A DNA stretch of 62,964 nucleotides, the filler included, from Nemertoderma westbladi (Eukaryota > Animalia > Xenacoelomorpha): the NCBI GenBank assembly GCA_032718475.1. It is 3 parts of 3 records of this genome, joined end to end, with 100 filler letters (N's around TTAATTAATTAA, not from the genome) between each part and the next. Parts side by side here need not be neighbours in the genome. Positions count along the whole stretch, not along the records: positions 28,319 to 45,916 come from JAUCBJ010006523.1; positions 46,017 to 62,964 come from JAUCBJ010006288.1; 1 more part is not named here. One strand, written 5' to 3'. Below the pieces are notes generated by a model, which was not told where the DNA came from, made no database searches, and worked only from the letters and a program-made list of their open reading frames with translations. A program made the position numbers and the translations under genes. Positions 35,001-47,816 of the stretch are shown piece by piece (positions within the stretch are counted from its first letter, which is position 1; every line of letters begins with the position of its first letter).

Positions 35001-38000
35001 CCACATCGCTTACATCTTCTATTTCAATATTTGGAATAAAAGATTCAAGGTTTCGATTGGAAACATTTTCTATATTACCTTTAGATCCCTTTAAATGTAG
35101 ACCATAAGTTTGCAGGCATGAGAATAGTTTCGAGAAACGCCGTGACAACCCAGAATCCTCCAGAATAACTAATAGTTTATCCAAGTCTTCGCATTCGAGT
35201 TGTTCAGAACCTGGTTTACCGGAAATCGCCATCAACATATCGATACGTCGACAGGCCACTTCCGAGGCAAGTAGAGCCAAGGAATAGGGGACACGATGAA
35301 AGTACTTGTCTACAAGAAGGATGAGCAAGGCCGCTGATTGGCTTAGATGAACGCCATCGAGACAGCGCAGAGAACGTTCGATCTGATCAACAGATCCGAG
35401 ATCCGCACGGAGATGGACAGCCTGTACGAATAGTCGCGACGCAGAGGCATTACGGTGCACCGCACTCACCAACGACATAACCACCGGTTCGTCCTCACAG
35501 AGTTGCACCAGACAGTCAATGTACCGAACCACCAGGAAGGTTAAGTGCTCCACATTGTTGAGGTTCTCATTAATGTAATCGCAGAATATTGGCATGGCGA
35601 GACGTGAGACAATGCCGTGGTGGATGGATGAAACAGGGTGGTCTAGGATGGAGCACCATATGGTGTCGTCATTGACACCAGATGAGGTGAAGATGAGACA
35701 CAGGTCCAGAGAAATATAGGGGAAATACTGGGGAACCAGGGAAATCATCTCAGCTGATGAATAAAACATGGCGTCATTATTTGTACGGATCATTCCGCGA
35801 AGTGTGTTATTGAGTTTACGAAAAATCAAGGGATTTTTAATTATGTACAAAATGTAAGAGAACAAATTTGATATTAATTTGGATAAATATTCAGTTTCAG
35901 ATTTTTGGTTGGTTTCGATTGATAGTGTTTCAATTGAAAACCCCGCTAATTGTAATAGAAATCGCGCCATTAATTCATCTGAGGAAAAAGCAATTTGTTT
36001 GAAACAAGTCATATTGTTAAGTCCACCTTTTGGGAGAATCCACAGGAAGTTCTGGACCTCTTTAACGCGACTGAGGACTGCGTCTTCTTGACCAGTTGAT
36101 ATGAGAACCCGAAGAAAGCCTAGTTGTTTGGCAAGCCAACGACAGAACATTTGCAGGTTTGGTTGGACAGGGGGCGATGATAATAGAGTGGCTACAAGAA
36201 TATCCAATGGGCGAAGAGCGCTCGGTGCTAGAGCATCCACAACCCGTATAAATACATCGTAACTCAACCAATCAGAGAGATCCAATTCCAATCGCGTTGA
36301 TAATGGGATTAGAACCTCAGCCAATGAACAACTTAGTTGAATCCAATTCTCATCGTTGCATTTCCGAGCTTGAATAAGAGTGACTAGAATCATCTCTAAA
36401 ACCTCCGGGTGCTTGATTAATCGGAACAGCATCGATTGCAGCACCTCACGCTGTGTGGAGAGGTCTCGTTCCATGGGTGTCCGGGATGAGCTGCGCAGAA
36501 CAAACAAATCGTGAACCACCAGTCGGAGTGCAGGGATAGCGAATGTTGGAGAGGAAGCAGCTAAACCGTCGCATAACTGGATGATCTTCTCGAGTTGGAT
36601 AATCGGTTTACTAGGATGTTTCTCGTACGATAGTAATATTATAAAGTGGAAAATATGTGGAATTAGCAAACGGGCGCCTTTAATGTTTCCAGATTCAATC
36701 ATCTCTAATTGGTTCTTCGTGATGAAGTCGAGGAATATGAACTCAGAATCGAGGAGGCAGTAGTTGACTCTGAGTTGGACGAGTTGAGTGAGAAGGGAGA
36801 GGATCCTGCATTGTAGATCCGAGTCGGAAGACAGGGTGTAGTTCTTTAGACACCAGATGACGAGCGGTTCGAATAGTCTGATCGAGCTCTGGATCAACTG
36901 GGTACGGCGATCTGATCGGGCCGCGGTCTTACGTTCAGTCTGTCGGCGGTGAAACCATGCGAACCAACCAGAGTACTCGGGGGTGGTCGCCGTGTCCATG
37001 GCAACGCGACTCCAGGGCGAGGTCACAGCATCACTGAAGGCCGACTGAGGTTCCACCACGTAGTACCGGTAAAGGCTGCGAGAGTTGAATCGTTGCGTCA
37101 CATTGCGTAGCTCCACGGAACGAGACCTAGGTGGCTCCACAGGGTCTTCGATATTCGTGCCAAACAAACATCTCAGTACATTATTCACACAGTTAATACT
37201 TTGTATCGGTTGAAGAGGCACCAACACCTGTAAATACAGAAGCAATTCCTCCACATATCGGCTGATTTCATTCAAAGTTGCAACTTCAAATAGAACTGAA
37301 ATGCACTTTATAACTGCAGATAACAAGGATCCCATTCTATTGTCTTTCATGATTTCTAGGGAAATTCTAGAAGCAGAATAAATAGAACGAATTGAGTTGT
37401 AGAGCCGCATATACAAAGGGTTGTTAAGGAAACCACCGACACCAATTTTAGTTGCGGTTTGGGATATTGAAGTAGTCTTTGGTTTATCGTCGCGCTGCCC
37501 TGGAGGATTGCCGGTAGGTTGTGTTGACACATTACTGCGGCGTTTCATCGGGGACGCGAGAGTGGAAGCAGCGTTGGGGAGGGACGGGAGGGAGGGTTTA
37601 CCAGAGGTGGGAATAGGGGAATGATCCTCTACGATGTGAGTGCAAATACAGAGAACCTGGAGGCAGTGGAGGATGAGTTGGTCGGCGATAATGGACAGCT
37701 GACGGTTGCTTAGTAACAGCCAGGATCCGTCGCTGTCATCAGGTTCCGGTGTGTAGCAGGTACTAGACGAACCTTTAAAAAGGTTCGCTGTCAGGTTCAG
37801 CAGCATCGTATGCGATGATATGTTGGTTAGAATCCATGGGGATTGAAGGAAGCAAACAACGGCTGGGAGAATTCCGAAATTACCGCCAGATTGGAGTTCC
37901 TCGACACTGATGAATCCAGTGAGACTGTTAGGAGCAGCAGTGGAGCCCGTTTTATTGGATGGCGACCGTTTCAGTAAGCGCAGCATTGGGTCTTTATTGG

Positions 38001-38905
38001 ATAACTGAGTGACCTTCTGGCAGTTCCACGACAAAGGGAAATCCCATGATGGGAATTCCTCGGATAGTATCAAAAGAGAACGGAAGCAGCCGAGCAAACA
38101 GTCATGGTTGGGGGTCGAGTTCATTATACCAGTCACTCTGCCGAGGATACGCGATAGGTTTCGTTGTATCTTATCGCGTTGGTACTGGTGGTACCTGGCG
38201 AGGGGTTCCCCGGTTGCGGGATTGAATAGGGAACTGGGGACCTTAGGGAACCGCAGCTCAGTGGCGTTCGCGCTCGGGAAGCCGTCTACGTGGGCAGAGT
38301 CCGCGATGTAATCCTCTACAGGGTCGCAGTCAGTGAGGGAGCTGACGATGCTACGGAGAGCCAACCCAACAGCATCCCGAACGCGCGAATCGGAATCCCC
38401 GAGGAGGAGGAACAACGAGGAGAGAACCGAAGACTCCGTTGGTTTATCGATGTTCGATAGAACATCCAGCCGAATTTCCGATAAGAGTTTAGTTAGTTCG
38501 ACACGAGCCAACCAATACGGTGATTCCGCAAGTTTGAGACTGCGTTTAACTAAAGATAAAACAGAATCATCCGCTCCTACGATACTCAACTTCTGTAAAC
38601 TGTTTGTCACAGCGATCAGAGCTGCTTTGGTAACAACATGATTCGAATCTCCGAGTAGATCGGAGAGTTTCTCGATGTAGATGGAGACAGCAGGTGTCGA
38701 AGGGTGAGAGATGTATTTACCCAGGAGCAAGGCGACGGATGATCGGAGTTGGGGGTCGTGGTGGTTGACGTAGAGGAGGACGTCGTCGATGGGTTGGATG
38801 GAATCCCCGTTGGTGACCTCCAGGAAGAGTTTACTCCGGAGAGCCGTCGGGTGGATGGAGACCAGCTGGGCCAGACAGGTGAGAGCCGTGGTTTTTATAC
38901 TCACT
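32053..38905 (-). CDS. HTT: Huntingtin, exon 2 (6853 nt)
   Basis: HDPQLR, SPYWLARVEL, IRLFEPLVIWCLKNYT, QLVQLRVNYCLLDS, GWTNRQQFEETWAAFLGVL, SELFTERAQFEW, DFFPIQEVLNRVISEF all match huntingtin. Acceptor CCCCAG at 38907-38906. Confidence 0.96.
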
Positions 38906-39226
38906 CTGGGGATAGATAAATAAAATCATATAATTTGCACAACAATTCCCCTTGCAATGATCTGTATAATATCGCAATAAAACATTGTTTTGAAACAATA
39001 ATTTGACATAAATATAATAGTTGTTGTTAATAAATCAGTACTTGATCAGTATCAGTATTGAATCAGGATTTGAATCGCAGTAACTATGGAAGCAATATAG
39101 TAAAATACTACAGTTCAAATTATTTTGTATCACTATATCTCTCCCAGTTAATATTACATAGTATAAAATGCATAGTAGAAATGCATAGTACAAAATACTA
39201 AGTATATAATACTAAGTTTCTTATTA

Positions 39227-39668
39227 GGGGCCGTACACAAATGATATCACGGTCGAAGGGGGGGGGGGGGGGGGATCGCTGCAATTTTATGACAATTTGT
39301 TGTGACATGGGGGGGGGGGGGGGGGGGGGGGAGTAGCTAGGCCTATACTTGTGACGTCACAAAAACACTTTGGTGAACAAATAAAATACATTTTACAAAT
39401 ATAAAACTTAGTACGATAAAATATATCATTCCCATGGGAGTGAATATGTGGGGTGTCTTCCTTATTGTTTAGTCATTGTTTAGTATTAATAACATAATAA
39501 TTTCAAATTCAACATTTTTTATAAACTATACTGGGTGGGTATTTTTGTGACGTGACGTTCAAGGGGGGGGGGGGGGGTTACAAAATTCGTGACATATTGT
39601 GACAGAGGGGGGAGGGGGGGGGGTCGAAAATCGTCAAAAAAAGCGTGACCTCATTTGTGCACGGCCCC
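39227..39668. mobile_element. PIF/Harbinger-type MITE (442 bp) in HTT intron
   Basis: TIR GGGGCCGT(A/G)CACAAATGA. TTA TSD on both sides. Confidence 0.85.
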
Positions 39669-39749
39669 TTATTAAAGAAATAATTAGAAACAAAAAAGTA
39701 CCAATTTAATAATTAATTTACGTATTAAGGGTGATAAAAAGTAGAAAAT

Positions 39750-39812
39750 ATTTTTTCTATATGCTCTCGAGCTCGACCTTTATTAACCTCGCAGACGCTC
39801 GGTAAATAAAGT
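39750..39812. repeat. Short hairpin-centred dispersed repeat (TTTATTAACCTCGC...GCTCGGTAAATAAA)
   Basis: Related copies at ~54065-54140 and ~56020-56090 (rc). Confidence 0.6.
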
Positions 39813-39864
39813 GAAAAAAAGTTTTAAAAATGTAAATAAATAATTATTATTTAACATTTTATAT

Positions 39865-41042
39865 CGCAGCTTAAATGCCATAAGGCCAAAATATGCCAAA
39901 TATATACATATACATATACAAAATGTTTAGAGAGATATAGGGCCTTTCCGCAGTAAAATATTGTCCAATAGGATTATTGGATTTCACTTTATTACGTGAT
40001 ATATAATCATCACTTCCCATTGGTTAGAATGTTCAAAACTTCACCAGCTTACACCATGTCCTGGAATATAGTGTCGTTATTCAGGTACCTGCCCCCCCCC
40101 CCCCCCAAATTTTTCTACAAATCGTAATGAGATTGCATGAAATTTGAAACAGAGATAGTTTCACCTCCCTCCTCCTCCGTGGGTGAGCCAGAATTTTTAT
40201 TTTCGCTTTCATTCTTTAGCTACAAGCGTTTAAAAAAAGTGTCTCCGCCGATATTGCACCAGTTGCAGCGCAGTTATTCTTCAAACATTTAGTGATTTGC
40301 TGGTACTAGTGGAAAGCTGACCGTGCAAGGATTCCAAATATGTAAAAATATTAGAATTTGGTTGGGAAATAGCTGAGATTTTGCATGTATTTGCTCCCGC
40401 TGCAGGCCATTTATTCTATTAAATAAATAGGCCTACACAATGTTCTAGAACATTTTGTTTATCTCATAAGTAGCTTGGCAACAATGCAATGCCTACATGA
40501 TAATACTAGTTTATAGATATTCCCACAATCAAAATGTTCTAGAACATTGTGTATTTATTTAATAGAATAAATGGCCTGCAGTGGAAGCAAATACATGCAA
40601 AATTCGAATGCCCATATCTCAGCTATTTCCCAACCAAATTCAAATATTTTTACATATTTGGAATCCTTGCACGGTCAGCTTTCCACTAGTATCAACAAAT
40701 CACTAAATCGTTGAAGAATAACTGCGGTGTAACTGGTGCAATATCGACGGAGACACTTTTTTCAAACGCTTGTAGCTAAAGAATGAAAGCAAAAATAAAA
40801 ATTCTGGCTCACCCAGCAAGGAGGAGGGAGGTGAAACTATCTCTGTTTCAAATTTCATGCAATCTCATTAAGATTCGTAGAAAAACGTTTGGGGGGGGGG
40901 GGGGGTGGCAGGTACCTGAATAACGACACTATATTCCAGGACATGGTGTAGGCTATAGCGCATTTCTTAAAAGTGTTGAATTGTATCAAAAAAGTAAAAT
41001 CCGACAAAAATCGACTTTGGGCCTTATGACACTTAAGCTACG
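39865..41042. mobile_element. Non-autonomous Sola1-like element interrupted by a foldback MITE
   Basis: TIR CG(C/T)AGCTTAA(A/G)TG(C/T)CATAAGGCC. ATAT TSD at 39861-64 and 41043-46. Confidence 0.7.
40052..40948. mobile_element. Palindromic (foldback) MITE, TA TSD, ~410-bp arms
   Basis: TA-CACCATGTCCTGGAATATAGTGTCG...CGACACTATATTCCAGGACATGGTG-TA. Decayed relatives at ~5257-5290, 50930-51208 and ~54540-54645. Confidence 0.9.
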
Positions 41043-41404
41043 ATATAAATTATATCGAGACACCATTACCCAGTGTTTTTTTTCTCTAAATATGTTAGTG
41101 AAATTTATAAATAAAAATAGTGATTTCTAAATCTTTTAAACTTATTTAGAAATATTTCTAAAACTAAAAATTTGAAATAAGAAATTTAAAATTAAAATAT
41201 TACTTTGCAGAGTTTTAAATAGAAACACATATGATGAATCAGAATTTAACATTCAGATATTAGCCAAATTTAATTTTTGTTTGTTCATTCAACAAAATCG
41301 AACCCTCAAATCTCTAAATCTGATTCATATCATCAGTTTAATTTGTATCTATAATTATTAAATTATTGTTAAATTCACGAATAGGATAGGCCTATTATAA
41401 TCAC

Positions 41405-42963
41405 CTGACGTCGGAATCCGGTAAGACAGAGCCGGTAAAACCGGACAACAAGAAGTTGTAGCATAGAACCCGCGCGCAATGCATTATGGGTAGGTGGTTG
41501 GGATCGGATGACTCCCCGATGACGCAGCAGTACTTCCGTCGCTCTTCCGTCCGCAGCACCGACAGATCGGGGGCCTCGATGACCTCAGCGTCGGACCCAG
41601 CGGGGGATCCGACGGACTCGCGTTGTACGACGGCCGCCTCGATGTCGGTAGCGAATATATCGTCGGTATCCCGGGTGTCGGAGGATCCGACGGAGAGGGC
41701 GTCGTCGACACTGCTGGAGAGGGACGGTCTGTCGGTAACGGGAGGGCCCCCCAACCCCCCGGGGACCCCCATCCGGACCCCGGAGTCCACCGAGTCCCGC
41801 TTACTCAGCCGTCCGCCCGCGCCCACCGCACTCTCGTAGTTGTCCGTCAGCGCGGCGATATCCTCGGGTTCCAGACTCGCCCCGCCACTAACCGGATCCA
41901 CGGATAAACGCCGCAACGTGGCGTTGTTCACGAGTTGTCCGCTAGAGGCGCTAAATAACTCATCGCCTGGCGCCAATAGCGAGGCAACGAGGAGTTTAGG
42001 AGACGAACTAAATATTTGCGTTAACAGTTCGAGGGAAGCGGTGGTGATAGTTGGGTTGGCGCTCGAGAAACGACAAATGGCAATCAGATAGAGTTTGATC
42101 AACTGATTGCGGGTCACTGACCTCGGGGAAACTTCCGATCTGATATCGACGGAGCTCGATAACAAGTCGTCTTCGTGTAGAACGCGAATAACATGTCGGT
42201 AACAAGTTAAACAGCCGATAACTGCGGGCAACGCCGCGGTATGCGAGGCCGCGATATTGAGTATAACGTCGAGGAGCGTGGCGGCGTAATGTCCGGGGTT
42301 GCGGCAGTGCTGGATAACACAGGCGATACTGGACGCGGCAGTTCGTCGCATAGTCACGCTGGAAGCACCCAGATTGGATATGAATATATTGATTAGCGTT
42401 TTGATTTCGCTATCGTTCGCGTAGGAACCGACTACCGCGAAGGTTTTCTCCATAAACTTGGACAGCGACTCCTGTAGATTGTCCTCCTCCCGGGCTGCTA
42501 TTCGTACGAGGCTCGGCATCAGGTTTACCAAATACGGTCGGCATTTAATTGGCCTTAGAAGCGGAGCTAGTTCCGAGAAGCGCCACAAGGCGGCGCGCAG
42601 ACTGCGTGCGGCCCCGTTCTTCTTGATCTCCTTGTAGAGTTCCACCTGGATCGCGCCGAGGTTGGTGAATAAGAGTTTATGTATAACGATGTTTATACAC
42701 TCGTCGGCGGCGAGTCTCACGTTGGAGTCATCATCTCCGCACGCCAGCAATAAACATTCTACAGTAGATGTGAGAAAGTGATGGAAGTCCTGGTTGGTTT
42801 TGAACGTTGCCGTGGTAATGGCTTCCGCAATTATTTTGCAATGAGTGATTTTATCTCGTCTAACTGGTACGGGCAAGTCCTTAGACTTATCGCCACCATC
42901 ATCGACATTCATAATTAGAGTTAAGACTTCTAACGATTTCGTCAATTTTTCAAATGTTCCCAT
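41405..42963 (-). CDS. HTT: Huntingtin, exon 1 (1559 nt; N17 and N-terminal HEAT repeats)
   Basis: MGTFEKLTKSLEVL, DDDSNVRLAADECIN, QVELYKEIKKNGAARSLRAALWRFSELA, KCRPYLVNL. Donor AG|GTGATT at 41404, phase 2, restores PDSDVRVSIK. Confidence 0.96.
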
Positions 42964-44274
42964 TATTGAATACCGGTATCTATGGTTAATCTGTTGATAG
43001 TGATACCATTATAACGCCCAGAACCCTTATGAGTATCCAGGTATGGCTGTATAGTTTAGCAAGCTATATGCAGATATATTGTCCTATTATTATTACTGTA
43101 TTACGTATAGCTGTATAGAGGCCTATTACTGTATTACAGTATTACGTATAACCTGATACAAAGGCATATTTATAAAATTCTGATATTATAGCCTAATAGG
43201 CCAGCCTTGTGTGCTCATCAATACAGAAATACAATGGCAGAATGGAAAGGTGAGTAGCGAGTAGGCCTATAAAGTATATTCTGATATTTAATTATATATA
43301 ATAAATCAGTTTAATAAAAGTACCAAACTCTAACAATATACCGGTACAGATATCTGCATACAATACAAGATAAAGCACAGTGCTAAAAACTTAGTGGCAC
43401 AAAACAGCAAAATCTGAAAATGATAATAAACTGACAAGTCAGTACAGCACTGCACTGTCATGCTGAGGCCGAGAGGCCATGGCTGCCTGGCCCTGGCCCC
43501 TGCAGTCACGAAAATAAAATGATTTCACTAAAATTATATATGTACTGTACAGTACCGTATTAACTTAAAATGATCAATGAATTACATAAATAACATAGTT
43601 TAAAATGTAACAGTAGTGTACAAGTTACAATTCATTTGGATACAATCGCAGTTTAATCTCCATGTATAATTTACATTAACGTCATGTCGTTTATGGAAGT
43701 GTCGCCACCAGACAGCCAGAATAGGTCTAGGAGGACCCGAGCCTTTAGTCCAACATGGTTAAAAAATTCAGTTCGCGATTGTAACTGATTAGCTAGAAGA
43801 GGGGCACGAAACAAAAAGTTTTGCTTCGAAATGCATTTCCGTTGCGATATATCGAATGTAATGTGATTTGAACTACGCTACAAGTCGATGTCGAGTTGAT
43901 GTTATATTTATTATTTATGATAGTGTTAGAAAGTCACATAATTGGAGGTATAAAGATATTGTGAGTACATTTAGTTTTAATAGTCTTTCTTTGTACTTAT
44001 ACGTATACGCATAGGTATACTCATCACTGCCTAATATCCAAATTGTACTTCTGCGTTGGATGATTTCTACCAGATGGGATGGGAATCAGTTTTGCTTGGA
44101 TACCCGCAGGCTGATTATTGGTAAGACCATGGATTTATACAAATTACTGAATTAAACTTTGTCAGAACAGGAAGTGTTGCTGCACAGTTTCTTCGGATCA
44201 ATCTGTCAATTGCAGAATTGTAATACGTTTTATTTCCCTTTCTACAATTCTCCTTTGTATGGGGCATAGAAAAC

Positions 44275-44500
44275 AAGTTACACACGGTCTTGTTGATCTT
44301 GACTTTGATAATTATTTCTCTCAAGCTCCCCGAGCTGGTCTTCGTGGCAACAGTAGGAAACTTTACGTACCTAGGGGTCGTTTAGATATCAGCAAACATT
44401 CTTTCTCATCTCATAATCTCCCTTCTTCAGTCTGTCAGTAGTTGATTCTTGTAACCTGAACATATTTTCACGCAAGTTGCTGGCGATCGACTTTTTGGAA
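44275..44500 (+). mobile_element. CR1-like LINE 3' remnant
   Basis: HGLVDLDFDNYF...LRGNSRKLYVPRGRLDISKHSFS resembles the ORF2 C-terminus of CR1 LINEs. Confidence 0.65.
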
Positions 44501-45079
44501 CACTGTAATTTTACACGACCCCCTGGCAATCCATTATTTTTAGCACAACAGTGACAAATATCTTTTTTGTCATTTTTTTTATTGTTTTAGTTTTTCGTCT
44601 CGTTTTTCTTTTTATAAGTCTCAATTTTATTAGAAATTTAAAATATTATAGCAATTTGTAAAGTGTACTGTATATGCATTACAGTATATTTTATGTTCAC
44701 TTTATAGTACCCAAACTCCCGTAAGTGCCTTGAGCCTGGGCAGTTTCCCTCCCTCGACCTTTTGTGTATTCTTTATTCTTTGTGTATTTCACATATTTTA
44801 ATATCGAGTTTTTAAATAAATAAAATAAATAAATAAATAAATAAGTCCATAAAAGGCAGAAACAGAGAAAGGTGCCACCCTGCACCCTGCTCCATAGCGC
44901 GGGAAATTCAAATGATTGATAGACATTGGAAAGGGTGGCAGACAAGGTGTACTAAATAACAGGTCATGCAGCGAGCGGATTGCTGAAATTAGCGGAGGCC
45001 GATCGTTTCCCTATTTATGGCACTATTTTCATAATATTTCCTTAGAAACTTCTTATGTGCTAGGCCTACTTTGGTTAGA

Positions 45080-45895
45080 TGGATATGATGACTAGGATTC
45101 ATAGCAATCAGGCAATGTAATAAAATGTGTTTCTGGAATTTTTATCTTGTAGTTGCCAAGGTAACCGGGTGCAAAGTTCAAACTTTGAGCGCCTGTATTT
45201 CAAGGCGACAATGGATTCTTCCCTTGAGATTTGGTAGGTGATTGATGGAAATAAAAGTCTATCAAAATATTTTACATTTGAATTTGTTTACATTCCCGTT
45301 GCCATGGAAATAAGTAGAATGAAAAATTTTAAAAATTGTCTACCAATTCTAAAAAACACAATTTTTTTTATTCTAAATAATAAGTTAAAATTGCCAACAT
45401 TTTATTTTATAATTCGTCAATTGTGAATCATATTTTTAAAAGTCAATGCTTGCAAATAAACTAAACTGTCCAATCAGAGAGCAAGACCTGTGATAGCATG
45501 ATTTTGACATTCCAGAATATTAAATTTCGGTTAGCAATTATTAGAAATAAAGGACAATCACCAGGCATGTTTGTTGAAAATTATATAAGTAGTAAATAGT
45601 AGCCCAAATTCAATCTGGTGGTCATAATGGGAAATTATCGTAATTCCCGTCACCATGGAAACGGGATTGAAAAAAAATTAAAATGTCAAATAATTTGATA
45701 GACTTTAATTCCCTTTAGTCATATACCAAATCTCAAGAACAGAATCCCTTGTCGTTTTGAATTACAGGCGCTCGAAATTTGAACTTTGCACCCGGTTACC
45801 TTGGCAACTACACTACAAGATAAAAATTCCAGAAAGACATTTTATTACATTGCTATGAATCCTAGTCATCATACAGTCATACTGTCATATCCAGT
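45080..45895. mobile_element. Long-TIR MITE (~230-bp diverged arms)
   Basis: ATGATGACTAGGATTCATAGCAAT...GCCAAGGTAACCGGGTGCAAAGTTCAAA is mirrored at 45650-45895. Confidence 0.8.
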
Positions 45896-45916
45896 ATCCA
45901 CTAGGGCTCGATCGGA

Positions 45917-46016
45917 NNNNNNNNNNNNNNNNNNNNNNNNNNNNNNNNNNNNNNNNNNNNTTAATTAATTAANNNNNNNNNNNNNNNNNNNNNNNNNNNN
46001 NNNNNNNNNNNNNNNN
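45917..46016. other. Assembly gap with TTAATTAATTAA linker
   Basis: N44-TTAATTAATTAA-N44. Confidence 0.97.
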
Positions 46017-46426
46017 TATATTAATTACCAAAAATATTGATATCATAACAGTTTAAGCTGAACAGAACATCGTGTCGCGCGCGGTACAGTTTTTTAATCT
46101 AAATTCAGCAAAGTGTCCCTGAATGAGATCCAGCTATTATCTATGATAATAATTTAGGCTTGTTAACCAACAAACAATAAATACAGTATATTTACGCAGT
46201 ATATAAAAAAAATCAGTTTTAACATTTTAAATACATACTATTACTAGCTAGTAAATAATTCACAAGCTCCATAAAAACACCATAGCTACCATAACTAATA
46301 ATGTTAACAAAAAAAAAGTAAAATTTTTTTATTTTCAAAAAAATACTAGCTAGTAAAAAAAACTAGCTACCATATAATAATATATATTAAGGTTCTAGAA
46401 CATTCACCATTATATAGTACCAATTA

Positions 46427-46749
46427 CATTCGGTCCCGAACAATTCGGTCCCAAAACACAAAATTAATGGGACCGAATTGTCCGGGACCGAATTGTCCGG
46501 ACCGAATTGTCCGGACCGAATTGTCCGGACCGAATTGTCCGGACCGAATTGTCCGGACCGAATTATCCGGACCGAATTGTCCGGACCGAATTGTCCGGGA
46601 CCGAATTGTCCGGGACCGAATTGTCCGGACCGAATTGTCCGGGACCGAATTGTCCGGGACCGAATTGTCCGGGACCGAATTGTACGGACAGAATTGTCCG
46701 GACCGAATTGTCCTGACCGAATTGTCCGGGACCGAATTGTCCTGCTTCC
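46427..46749. repeat. 14/15-bp tandem array (CCGAATTGTCCGG[G]A), right arm of a Mutator-like MITE
   Basis: About 19 copies ending ...TGTCCTGCTTCC, plus two inverted units at 46427-46452. Confidence 0.8.
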
Positions 46750-47816
46750 AATATGGAAAACTCAGTTATTAGAAACTCGGAACTGTTTCTACCGGGAGAA
46801 AGTTTTTTCCCCGAACGCCAAGGTTTGGCACATTTTGAACCATTTAGAAACCCGATTTGTAACGGTCTAGACGAGGTTGAAGGCTGTAAAAAGTTCAATA
46901 CATTCTTTCCGTGTTTGGGTAAAATCTCCCCAGAAACAAAATGGTTTGTCATTGTCACTCCAGGAAACTGCTTTCCATATCTGGTTAAAATCTAGAAATT
47001 AACTAATTACAATATTATGAAACGAAAGCTAATGAAAAACTGTGGAACTACAGTTTTTGTTAAGGTGAGTTCGAAATTAACAAAATTCTAGTAGTTTTTT
47101 AGTTTTGCAAATAATTTTTTGTTTTTAACATGTTTAACGAAAAAAAACAGTGCTTTTTTGAAAATTTGAAATATATTTTGTAAAAAAGCGGCATTTTCAT
47201 TGAAAAATACGAAACGAAAATTCAGCTCGAATTTTTTCACATCAACCATGCTGATTAAAAAAAAAACAGGTTACAATTTATTGTGAAAATAAAGCATAAC
47301 AAAGGATTAGCACCTTGAGTGAAAAATATATATTTATATGTTATAGCTACCCTTATGTTACCCTCCCCACAACAATTCATTTATAATTAAAATATATATT
47401 TTGGCTCTGGCCGCTAAGGGGCGTCAAAAATATTGCAATTCAATGTAGTCCAACCAAAATTTATCTTATTTCAAAATGTTGATATTTCCAAGCCATATTA
47501 TACCACATTTATCAGTACATTTCGAGTTGTATGCTCTATATAGCTATACTACTATATGTTGGCCACCAGATGCGCAGGACGAGCGCAACGAGGCTTCTAA
47601 AGGAGACGAGTACAGACGCATTCCACCTGAAAATCTCCGCAAATACCAGTATATACTAATATGAAACTGTAACTTGTGCTATTAAATCTCGTTTATTGTT
47701 TTGGTTAGAATAACGTGCCATGAATAACCTGCTACTTTGATAATAAATATTGATAATTCGCCAGATGGATTTGAGTCAATCGCCCCCATAGACAGCTTAA
47801 TATCCCATAGACTTAC

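Noticed and set aside
43234-43256. ATGGCAGAATGGAAAG|GTGAGT, possible first micro-exon of a gene divergent from HTT
   Set aside because: I found no compatible downstream exon. The candidate near 44074 hits a stop.
46467-46995. Overlapping GPNCPDRIVRTELS ORFs
   Set aside because: Repeat-derived translations.
47540-47626. Possible next BIRC6 exon (GMRLYSSPLEASLRSS)
   Set aside because: Acceptor and phase fit, but no convincing donor and no recognisable homology.
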